Source: an uncultured Rhodospirillales bacterium (lineage in GTDB: Bacteria; Pseudomonadota; Alphaproteobacteria; Bin95). Taken from it: a DNA stretch of 29,031 nt. A program made the translations under genes and the position numbers. Below are positions 20,118 to 27,127 of the stretch, in pieces. Under the pieces are notes generated by a model that saw nothing but the letters and a program-made list of their open reading frames with translations, was not told where the DNA came from and ran no database searches. The stretch is taken from positions 1-29,031 of the forward strand of contig CAYYSC010000002.1 of the NCBI GenBank assembly GCA_964474065.1, given 5' to 3'. The first letter of the stretch is position 1. Every line of letters begins with the position of its first letter.

Positions 20118-20314
20118 CCGGTCCCTACGCCGGGTCGGATTTGGCCGCCGCGCCAGAGGTTTCCGCGCAGCCAACCGCTTGCCGACCCCCCAACCGCGTG
20201 CTCCCGCACCGCGCCTCCGCTGCGTCGTCGCGCCTGCTCTCGCAAGAATGCGGCTGAAATGCTCGTCGCTGTGTGCCGGCGGAAGCACCTAGAAAACAAG
20301 GATTGGAGACATCA

Positions 20315-20890
20315 ATGCAGCAGGATAAACGCCTCAGTGGAAAGAAAGTGGCCATCATGGTGGCCAACGGCTTTCAGGAAACGCACATGACCGAGGCGCA
20401 GAGAACGCTGACCGCAGAGGGTGCTGGCTCGGTCATCATCTCCAGCGAAATCGGCGTGGTGAATGGTTGGCACGAAGGCTCCTGGGGCCACAATTTCTTC
20501 GTCGACAGCGGCCTCAACAAAGTACTGCCCAGCCAGTATGACGCGCTGCTAGTGCCGGGCGGTGAGCGCAGCATACTCGCCCTTTCGGGGAATGCCCACG
20601 CAAAGCGAATCATCAAAGGCATGCTGGATGCCGATAAGACGGTAGGCATGATTGGCCGTGCTGTCGGGCTGCTAGCATCGGCGGAATGCGCCTCTAATCG
20701 TACTGTCACCGGCAACGAAGTGGTGAAGGAACAGGTCCAACAGGCCGGCGCGATCTGGTCGACGGATCAAGCTGCCGTAGATGGCCATTTGATCTCCAGC
20801 GCCGGCAATGACGATTTGCCCGCCTTTATCGAAGCTTTTGTCGCCTCGATCAGCGGCGTTGAAGTCGAGACCGAGAGCGAGGCCGCTTAG
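20315..20890 (+). CDS. DJ-1/PfpI-family protein lacking the catalytic cysteine
   Basis: GKKVAI.VANGF, YDALLVPGG, VDG.LISS...DDLPAF; GGAG RBS before ATG 20315; nucleophile elbow reads MIGRA instead of ICHG. Confidence 0.85.
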   Translation: MQQDKRLSGKKVAIMVANGFQETHMTEAQRTLTAEGAGSVIISSEIGVVNGWHEGSWGHNFFVDSGLNKVLPSQYDALLVPGGERSILALSGNAHAKRIIKGMLDADKTVGMIGRAVGLLASAECASNRTVTGNEVVKEQVQQAGAIWSTDQAAVDGHLISSAGNDDLPAFIEAFVASISGVEVETESEAA

Positions 20891-21624
20891 GTCCGAGGCG
20901 CCCAGCTGACCGGGTCGCCGGGGGCAAGGCCGAGCACGGCGGCGGCCGATCCTTTGTTCACGGCGATTTCCGCTAGGCCTAACGAGTTTCGATACCAAAA
21001 CGCTTCGCCAGGCGCGGCATCCGAAAAGGTGCTTGCCTGGCGAAACTCTTGTGGACCGGCCCGCAGCCGAAGCCCCACAACCGGGGTCAGACCGGTCATC
21101 AAATTGCCGTATGCGTCCTCATAGATGATAGCGCTCATCTCGTCCGGCCACCCTGAGCCTACAGGCGCGTCGCCGAGCAAGGTCAGCCCCGATAAATTGC
21201 CTTGAGCCAGACGCGCCGCCGTCGGTGCAAACAGGTCCCGGCCGTGAAACGAGGTCGAGAGCGCCTGGGGCTGCCAAGTTATCTCTAACCATTCCGGTTT
21301 GGCCCGGTTGCTGCCGGCAAGGCGCCGGGCGGCGGGAACGAGAAGGCCGTTGTCCGGCCCGACCAGCCAGCGCTCGCCTGCACGGACGGCGATCGGTCGG
21401 CGGGTACTGCCGACGCCGGGATCGACAACGGCGGTTACGACCGCGCCCTCTGGCCAATGGGGAGCGAGCGCAGCCAGCAGATAGGCAGCGGCCTGCGGTT
21501 GAAAGGCGGATGCATCGTGCATCAGATCGATGACCGGCACGCCCGGAGCGGTCTGGGACAGAACCGCATGCATCTGCCCGACATAGGGGCCTCGCCAGCC
21601 GAAATCCGTGAACAACAGGATCAT
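20887..21624 (-). CDS. DUF62-family SAM hydroxide adenosyltransferase (SAM hydrolase; halogenase-related fold)
   Basis: MILLFTDFG...YVG.M..V, VVDPGVGSTRRPI, VGPDNGLL, TSFHGRDLFAP.AA, D.YGNL.T, NSLGLAEIAVN.GSAA; true ATG at 21624 overlaps the GNAT stop. Confidence 0.9.
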   Translation of the reverse strand: MILLFTDFGWRGPYVGQMHAVLSQTAPGVPVIDLMHDASAFQPQAAAYLLAALAPHWPEGAVVTAVVDPGVGSTRRPIAVRAGERWLVGPDNGLLVPAARRLAGSNRAKPEWLEITWQPQALSTSFHGRDLFAPTAARLAQGNLSGLTLLGDAPVGSGWPDEMSAIIYEDAYGNLMTGLTPVVGLRLRAGPQEFRQASTFSDAAPGEAFWYRNSLGLAEIAVNKGSAAAVLGLAPGDPVSWAPRT

Positions 21625-22217
21625 GGCGGCGGTATTACCGGATGGAAGCTGGCGGCTTCCGCCGCGATATCCCCGGAAAGGCGCGGGTCGGCTGCGACCT
21701 CTACTTCCCGTTTGAAGGCGCGAAATCCTTGGCGGAGGTAGAAGGGTAGGGCGCCCGGGTGGTCGAAGGTGCAAGTGTGCAGCCAGAGCCGGCGTGCCCC
21801 GCCATCTTGGAAGGCCAGCCGCTGCGCCTCCCCCATCATCCAGTTGCCGAGGCCCTGGCCGATCGCTTCCCGCACCAGGCCGAAGAACACGATCTCGCAG
21901 TCGGGCGCCTCGCGCCAATCCATCTCCAACAGCCCGATGTCGCGGCCGCGCTCGCGCAGCGCGTGGATGTGCACCTGGGGATGGCGGATGATCGCGGCGA
22001 GTTGCTCATCCGTCATCAGGGTGCGTGTGAACCAAAGCCAATCCTCGCCTACCTCCCGGTAGAGTCCGCGGTACCAATTCAACTCCGGCTGATCGATCCG
22101 CTCCAGCGTCACGCCCGGACGCGGACAAGGCGGGAAGCGCTCCGGCGGTGCGTGCCTTTCCAGGTGGGTGACGATGGACGCGATCGCGCCCGGCGGCAGG
22201 GGCAGGTAGGACGACAT
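21621..22217 (-). CDS. GNAT-family N-acetyltransferase
   Basis: FGLV.EAIGQGLG..MM (acetyl-CoA motif A), RLWLHTCTFDHP.AL.FY...GF. Confidence 0.88.
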   Translation of the reverse strand: MSSYLPLPPGAIASIVTHLERHAPPERFPPCPRPGVTLERIDQPELNWYRGLYREVGEDWLWFTRTLMTDEQLAAIIRHPQVHIHALRERGRDIGLLEMDWREAPDCEIVFFGLVREAIGQGLGNWMMGEAQRLAFQDGGARRLWLHTCTFDHPGALPFYLRQGFRAFKREVEVAADPRLSGDIAAEAASFHPVIPPP

Positions 22218-22226
22218 CTCAGGCTC

Positions 22227-23882
22227 TCATTCCACCCGCCACTCCTCGATCCATAAGGTCGTCGGGGCAAGATGGCCGGTTGGGCGCACGCCCTTCAGCC
22301 AGCGGGGAATCACATACGGGTCGGCGCGGAAATAGAGCGGCAGCGCGGGCAGGTCTTCAGCGTAGATCCGTTGCAGTTCGTGCCAGCGCTCCAGACGGGA
22401 TTCGCGGCTGAGATCGACCTCGATCGCGTCGATCAGCGCGTCCATCACCGGGTTCTTATAGCCCGTGTAGTTCTGGCCGGCCCAATTGTTTGCCTGCGTC
22501 GGGATCATGGAGGAATGGAGAGTGGACCGGGGCACGCTTTCGGGCGCAGAAATCCAGGCAAACATGGCCATGCCGTCGAACCGTCGCTCCCGCACGGTCT
22601 GGCCGAAGAACACGCGGGCCGGCTGGTTCCGGATCTGGATATCCACGCCTATCTGTTTCCAGTAATGCTGCAGCACCTGCTGCACCTGTTCCCGGACCCG
22701 TGCGCCGGCCGTCGTACCGAGCGCCAGCGACAGCTTTGCGCCGTCCGCGTTGACGCGCACCCCACCGGGACCCGGCGTCCAGCCTGCTTCTTCAAGCAGG
22801 GTCTTAGCGCGCTCCGGATCGTAGGAGTAGTGCGGCACGTCTTCCGCGTGCACCCAGTCGAGCGGGCTCACATTGGTGTGCGCAACCGGTTGCTTGCCCC
22901 GGAACAGGCGCTGGCTGACCGCCTCCCGGTCCACGCCGTGGAGCAAGGCTCGGCGCACTCGCGGATCGGCCAGGATCGGATTGTCGAGATTCAGGTCGAT
23001 GTGCTCGTAAATCAGGCCGGCTTTGTAGACGAACTCGAATTCCGCGCTGCGCCGCTCTTCCAGCGACAACGCCTGGTCGAGTGTGAGGCCGAGAGAGCCG
23101 GCGATGTAGTCGAGGGCGCCAGACAGCAGGTTCGCCTCCAGTGCGGCGGTGTTCTCTACGACGCGGATGACAATCCTGTCGAAGTACGGTTCCTCCCCGT
23201 ACCAATGTTCGTTTCGGGCCATTTCCACGAATGCGCCCGGCGAGACCCGGGCAATCCGATACGGACCGAAATAGAGGCCGGGGTTGGCCGTGTCCGTATC
23301 GTAGAGCGTGCGGCGCTTGTATTCGCGCGGGTTTTCCTCAAACCTCGCCCGCTCCAGGTGGGCGGGGAGGGGGGCGACGCCAAAGGCGTTGTAGGTATAG
23401 GTGATCCGGTCCGTATGCAGGATGGCGGTTTTCGGGTCCGGCGTCTCGATCTTCCAGATTCGCTGGTAGACATCCGCACCGGTTACGCCCGATTCGGGAT
23501 GCTTGCCGACTTCCCAGGTGAAGCGGATGTCGTCTGAGGTGACCGGCCTGCCATCCCCCCATGTTGCGCCATCGGCGATGCGGTAGGTAACGGCGACCCC
23601 GTCTTCGCCTTCCGGCGTGGCTTCCCGGACCGCACCGCCGTTCTCCAGCGTCGGCAGCTCCTTGCAGAGCATACAAGCGAGTTGCCAATCATGGTCGTAG
23701 ACCGTGACCGGACGGAGCGCCATGCCGAGCACGTACGACTTGGCCAGCATGGCGTCGATGATCGGGTGAAAGGTGGACGGAAATTGTGTGACGCCGATGG
23801 TAAGCGTTGTCTTCTGCGCCTGAGCCATGCTGCCGGTGGCCGCAAGCATCAGCGCCGCGATCCCAAAAAGAAGCGCACGCAT
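22227..23882 (-). CDS. Peptide/nickel-type (family 5) ABC transporter substrate-binding protein
   Basis: Signal peptide MRALLFGIAALMLAATGSMAQA; WGDGRPVTSDDIRFTW, GPY, D.RVRRAL..G.DR, G.NY.GY.NP..D.L, DLP.LPLY; ATG 23882 overlaps the pyrE TGA. Confidence 0.92.
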   Translation of the reverse strand: MRALLFGIAALMLAATGSMAQAQKTTLTIGVTQFPSTFHPIIDAMLAKSYVLGMALRPVTVYDHDWQLACMLCKELPTLENGGAVREATPEGEDGVAVTYRIADGATWGDGRPVTSDDIRFTWEVGKHPESGVTGADVYQRIWKIETPDPKTAILHTDRITYTYNAFGVAPLPAHLERARFEENPREYKRRTLYDTDTANPGLYFGPYRIARVSPGAFVEMARNEHWYGEEPYFDRIVIRVVENTAALEANLLSGALDYIAGSLGLTLDQALSLEERRSAEFEFVYKAGLIYEHIDLNLDNPILADPRVRRALLHGVDREAVSQRLFRGKQPVAHTNVSPLDWVHAEDVPHYSYDPERAKTLLEEAGWTPGPGGVRVNADGAKLSLALGTTAGARVREQVQQVLQHYWKQIGVDIQIRNQPARVFFGQTVRERRFDGMAMFAWISAPESVPRSTLHSSMIPTQANNWAGQNYTGYKNPVMDALIDAIEVDLSRESRLERWHELQRIYAEDLPALPLYFRADPYVIPRWLKGVRPTGHLAPTTLWIEEWRVE

Positions 23883-24589
23883 CAGGCGTTCCAGTTTTCG
23901 GGATCGTTCAGAAACGCCCGAACGACGGCAGCCTTCTCCGGCGGGAAGTAACCCCGCGTCTCCGCTTCCTCGATCACGTCCCACCAAGTGGCGAGTCCGT
24001 GTAGCGTTACGTCCATCTGGCCGAGCGTGCTGACGCTTTGCGGGAAAATGCCATAGTGGAACAGTACAAGGCAGTCCTCGATCCGGCCGCCCGCCTTACG
24101 GATGGCTTCGATGAAATTGACCTTGCTGCCGCCATCGGTTGCCAGATCTTCCACCAGCAACACACGGGCGCCTTCGGGCATGTGCCCCTCGATCTGCGCC
24201 ATGCGCCCGAAACCTTTCGGATTCTTGCGCACATAGACCATCGGCAGGGCCAAACGCTCGGCGATCCAGGCGGCGAAGGCGATGCCCGCGGTTTCCCCAC
24301 CTGCGATCACGTCGATGGATTCGAGCCCGATATCGCGGCCGATCATCTCCACCGCCAAGTCCATCAGTTTCGCGCGGGCGCGCGGGAAGGAGATCAGCTG
24401 ACGGCAGTCGATATACACGGGGCTGCGCCGCCCGGACGTGAAGGTGAACGGTTCGTCCTCGTAGCAATACGCAGCCTTAATCTCGAGCAGGGCGTAAGCG
24501 GTTGCGCGGGCGGCAACGGCGCGCTCGATTTCGTGGGCTTGCTGAACGCTGATGGTCGTGGTCGGCTTGGCGCCGGCGGCTTGGGACAT
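23882..24589 (-). CDS. pyrE: Orotate phosphoribosyltransferase
   Basis: PFTFTSGRRSPVYIDCR.LIS.P, GGETAGI.F, YVRK.PKGFGR..QIEG, PRPP motif LLVEDLATDGGSK. Confidence 0.93.
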   Translation of the reverse strand: MSQAAGAKPTTTISVQQAHEIERAVAARATAYALLEIKAAYCYEDEPFTFTSGRRSPVYIDCRQLISFPRARAKLMDLAVEMIGRDIGLESIDVIAGGETAGIAFAAWIAERLALPMVYVRKNPKGFGRMAQIEGHMPEGARVLLVEDLATDGGSKVNFIEAIRKAGGRIEDCLVLFHYGIFPQSVSTLGQMDVTLHGLATWWDVIEEAETRGYFPPEKAAVVRAFLNDPENWNA

Positions 24590-24666
24590 GAGCTAAGCGC
24601 TTCTCTGGGGTGAAAGGGAGCATTATGGTGAGGGGATCTTCCGCCGTAGGCACCGATCCCACCCCA

Positions 24667-25449
24667 ATGCTCGCTACCTTAACCCAAATCTTTGGGGACT
24701 TGCAGCCGTCGACCCTGGTCTTTATCGGGCTCGGCGCGTTTTTTTCCGCCATGTTCCACAGCGTCGCCGGATTCGCAGGCGGCCTGATTCTGTCCGTTCT
24801 TCTTGCGCCGGTTATTGGCATCAAGGCCGTGGTCCCGGTGATCGCCGTTTCCCTGCTGGTAAGCCACACGAGCCGTGTCTGGGCCTTCCGCAAAGGCTTC
24901 CGATGGCCAATCTACCGCGATGTGATGACCACCGCCTTTCCCTGCATCATCCTGGGCGCGGCGATTTATGCCTATCTCCCGGTCAACGCGGTGGCGCTGT
25001 TGCTGGGCTTGTTTCTGGTTGGCACCGTGCCGTTGCGGCGGCTGATGAAGCGCTACAACTATCAGGTTGGAAAGCGCTCGCTGATGGGCGTAGGCGTGCC
25101 GTTCGGAGTGTTGAGCGGATCCACCGTGGGCGCTGGAATGATCCTGGCGCCGTTCATGCTGGCAGTCGGATTGGCGGGCGAGGCGCTGATGGGCACCATG
25201 GCCGCCGTAGCGCTGACCGTGAACGTGACCAAGGCGGTAGTGTTCGGTGGCTTTGCCGTGCTGGACAGCGGGTTGGCGCTGGCCGGTTTTCTGGTCGGGC
25301 TTTGTACCGTACCCGGCAACCTCAGTGGCCGCTGGATCGTACGCAACACGCCTATTCGCGTGCATGTTATGGTTGTGGAAAGTGTGGTGATGGCCGGCGG
25401 TCTCTATTTTCTCTACGCGGCGGGTGAAGGATGGAACTGGTGGGGATGA
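24667..25449 (+). CDS. TSUP (TauE/SafE) family membrane transporter; start uncertain (24610 possible)
   Basis: About 8 hydrophobic segments; AGFAGGLILSVLL..V.G.K.VVP and GVLSGSTVGAG..LAPF repeats typical of TSUP. Confidence 0.85.
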   Translation: MLATLTQIFGDLQPSTLVFIGLGAFFSAMFHSVAGFAGGLILSVLLAPVIGIKAVVPVIAVSLLVSHTSRVWAFRKGFRWPIYRDVMTTAFPCIILGAAIYAYLPVNAVALLLGLFLVGTVPLRRLMKRYNYQVGKRSLMGVGVPFGVLSGSTVGAGMILAPFMLAVGLAGEALMGTMAAVALTVNVTKAVVFGGFAVLDSGLALAGFLVGLCTVPGNLSGRWIVRNTPIRVHVMVVESVVMAGGLYFLYAAGEGWNWWG

Positions 25450-25517
25450 CCGCGTCGCTTGGACCGCGTAACTTGGATTGCATCGGCTGGGAACTGAACC
25501 GGAAGACATGGGTAGGC

Positions 25518-25546
25518 TTGACAAAGCGCCGCACTGCGACAATTAT
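25518..25546 (+). promoter_or_regulatory. Putative sigma70 promoter with no long ORF downstream
   Basis: Perfect TTGACA (25518-25523)-N17-AATTAT (25541-25546); predicted start about 25552-25553, exactly where the first helix begins. Confidence 0.6.
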
Positions 25547-25631
25547 GCCAGTGAAGGCATCGTCTGGCTCGGGGTCCAGGAACGCTTCAACCAGACCTAG
25601 CCTTCAGCGCACGCAATCCGGCTTGCGCTGA

Positions 25632-25882
25632 CGGAACCAGGAGGGTGTGTTAAACATGACTCCACCCGGTTACAAGAACCCGCTGCGCTGAACGCGAGAC
25701 ATCGTGCTTGCCCGGGTCGCGCCGATGCATCCGGCGAGGCATTGACCTTGAAATCGGTTCCGCAACCAGGAGGATGCGATTGCGCATGACCCTACCCGAT
25801 TGCCAGAACCTGCCCCGTTGAACAAACGGGGCAGGGCGCAACATGGCCGCGGACGCACATCCTAGCGGAAATTTGCGCCTGA
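25632..25882 (+). repeat. Diverged ~130-nt tandem duplication, each unit with AACCAGGAGG plus an 11-codon ORF
   Basis: AACCAGGAGG at 25635 and 25764; ORFs 25656-25691 and 25786-25821 share 27/36 nt; weaker similarity continues (GATGCATCC 25724 vs GACGCACATCC 25852). Confidence 0.75.
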
Positions 25883-25968
25883 TCCCAAAAACATGCGTAA
25901 TACGGGCTGCCCGCTAATCGGGTAGGCATTGGCTTGCGGAGCACCGCAAGCAGACCGGAACGGTCAAC

Positions 25969-26006
25969 GAAAACCCCGCGCGCCAGAAGGGCCGCGGGGT
26001 TGTTCT
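25969..26006. terminator. Probable bidirectional intrinsic terminator
   Basis: 9-bp stem AACCCCGCG (25972-25980) / CGCGGGGTT (25993-26001); stem ends in a TTTT run on the minus strand (tauD side) and in TTGTTCTT on the plus strand. Confidence 0.65.
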
Positions 26007-26035
26007 TGGGACGAAAAGAGCCGCTAATAAGCCAT

Positions 26036-27112
26036 CTAGACGGCTTCCAGCGGCGCATTCATCATGGTGCCAGAGACAATGATGCCGCCGCGGTCGCCGA
26101 TATCGATCTTCCCGTAGCGTTCCGCATAGACCGGCGGCAGCGGCCGGGCCTCCGGGGCAGCCAGCCATAGGCGCAGCAGGTGGCGCTTTTTCTCAGGCTC
26201 CGGCCAGTCAATGAAGGCGGTGCGGTCATGCAGCAGGGTATGATTGTGCACCCATTGCATGTCGCCCCGCTGGAAGTCCATGTTCAGGTGTAATGCTGGG
26301 TCGTTGGCCAGATCATCGAACAGGTCGAGTGCACTCTTCTGCTTTTCGGTGAGCGGCGGCACGCCTTCCAAACGCCGTGCACTCTCAATGTAACGCCGCG
26401 CGTAAATGGCGGATAGGCGGCCCTCGTAGTAGTTGAACACCGGTATCTCGAAGTATGGGAGCTTGCCTTCCGGGATCTCGCCGCGGCGGTCCGTGGCGAA
26501 AGGCTGGAACAGTTCCCAGAGCAGATCCGGCGCGCGTTTGTACATCTCGTTATAGATGGTCATCGTGCTGACGATCGACGACTTGCCGCCTTCTTTCGCC
26601 GTTTTCAGGCAGAGCAGGGCGACGATATCGCAGCTGTCGGTGTGATAAGTCTGCCGCTCGGTCGTCTGGTAGATCCGGACCTTTGGATCCTCGGTGGAAA
26701 GCCCCAGGTCCTTGACATGGCCCAACACGTGCCCCTTGGCGTTTTGCGAACGCGCATTGCCGAAATAGGTGCCGACGCCGAAATAGGCGATCGCGCTCTC
26801 GCGCATGGAGTAGCGGTCAACCGGCAGGCCGCGCATCAGCGCGAACCCGCGGCCGTTGAGAACGTCGCTGCACAGATCCTTCAGCTTTGGGCCGAGCGTC
26901 GGCAGGGGGAAATCCGCCTGGGTGATCCGGGCGATGTCCGCTTCCCGGGCCACCAGGGGTGCGATGGCTGCATCGATTTCCGCAATGTCGCTTTCGGTGA
27001 GCTGGTAGACCCATTCGTCCGAATTGGCGAGATCTGGCCCGTACCAGGCACTCGGTCCGGCGATCGGCTCCGGCAATTCCGCCGGAATGATATAACTGAG
27101 GCCGTCAGGCAT
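26036..27112 (-). CDS. TauD/TfdA-family Fe(II)/2-oxoglutarate dioxygenase, copy 1
   Basis: Facial triad YHTD...NHTLLHDR, 2-OG arginine in RHLLRLWL; AGGGA RBS; 358 aa. Confidence 0.9.
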   Translation of the reverse strand: MPDGLSYIIPAELPEPIAGPSAWYGPDLANSDEWVYQLTESDIAEIDAAIAPLVAREADIARITQADFPLPTLGPKLKDLCSDVLNGRGFALMRGLPVDRYSMRESAIAYFGVGTYFGNARSQNAKGHVLGHVKDLGLSTEDPKVRIYQTTERQTYHTDSCDIVALLCLKTAKEGGKSSIVSTMTIYNEMYKRAPDLLWELFQPFATDRRGEIPEGKLPYFEIPVFNYYEGRLSAIYARRYIESARRLEGVPPLTEKQKSALDLFDDLANDPALHLNMDFQRGDMQWVHNHTLLHDRTAFIDWPEPEKKRHLLRLWLAAPEARPLPPVYAERYGKIDIGDRGGIIVSGTMMNAPLEAV

Positions 27113-27127
27113 GGTGCGCGTTTCCCT

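Larger units (their letters stand above)
25552..26006 (+). ncRNA. Candidate ~450-nt structured RNA of unknown class (may also encode two micropeptides)
   Basis: Promoter upstream, terminator-like hairpin at the end, about ten complementary segment pairs of 5-11 bp, no credible protein ORF; I could not recognise RNase P, tmRNA, SRP, 6S or riboswitch signatures. Confidence 0.45.

Noticed and set aside
21625-21918. N-terminal extension of the DUF62 ORF in the ORF track
   Set aside because: It overlaps the GNAT gene in another frame; the family begins at MILLFTDFG (ATG 21624).
23883-23987. N-terminal extension of the SBP ORF
   Set aside because: It lies inside pyrE; the signal peptide begins at ATG 23882.
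25600-25830. Fragments resembling riboswitch words (CCGGCTTGC of SAM-II/alpha, GCCAGAACCTGCC of cobalamin, ACCCG..GAACCTG of TPP)
   Set aside because: The obligatory partner motifs (GATTT/GCTAAA, GGGAA B12 box, CTGAGA) are missing, and no downstream gene lies in the sense orientation.
25650-25858. Minus-strand 62-64 aa ORFs in the structured gap
   Set aside because: No RBS or promoter, they lie beyond the tauD terminator, and they show no resemblance to any protein family I recognise.
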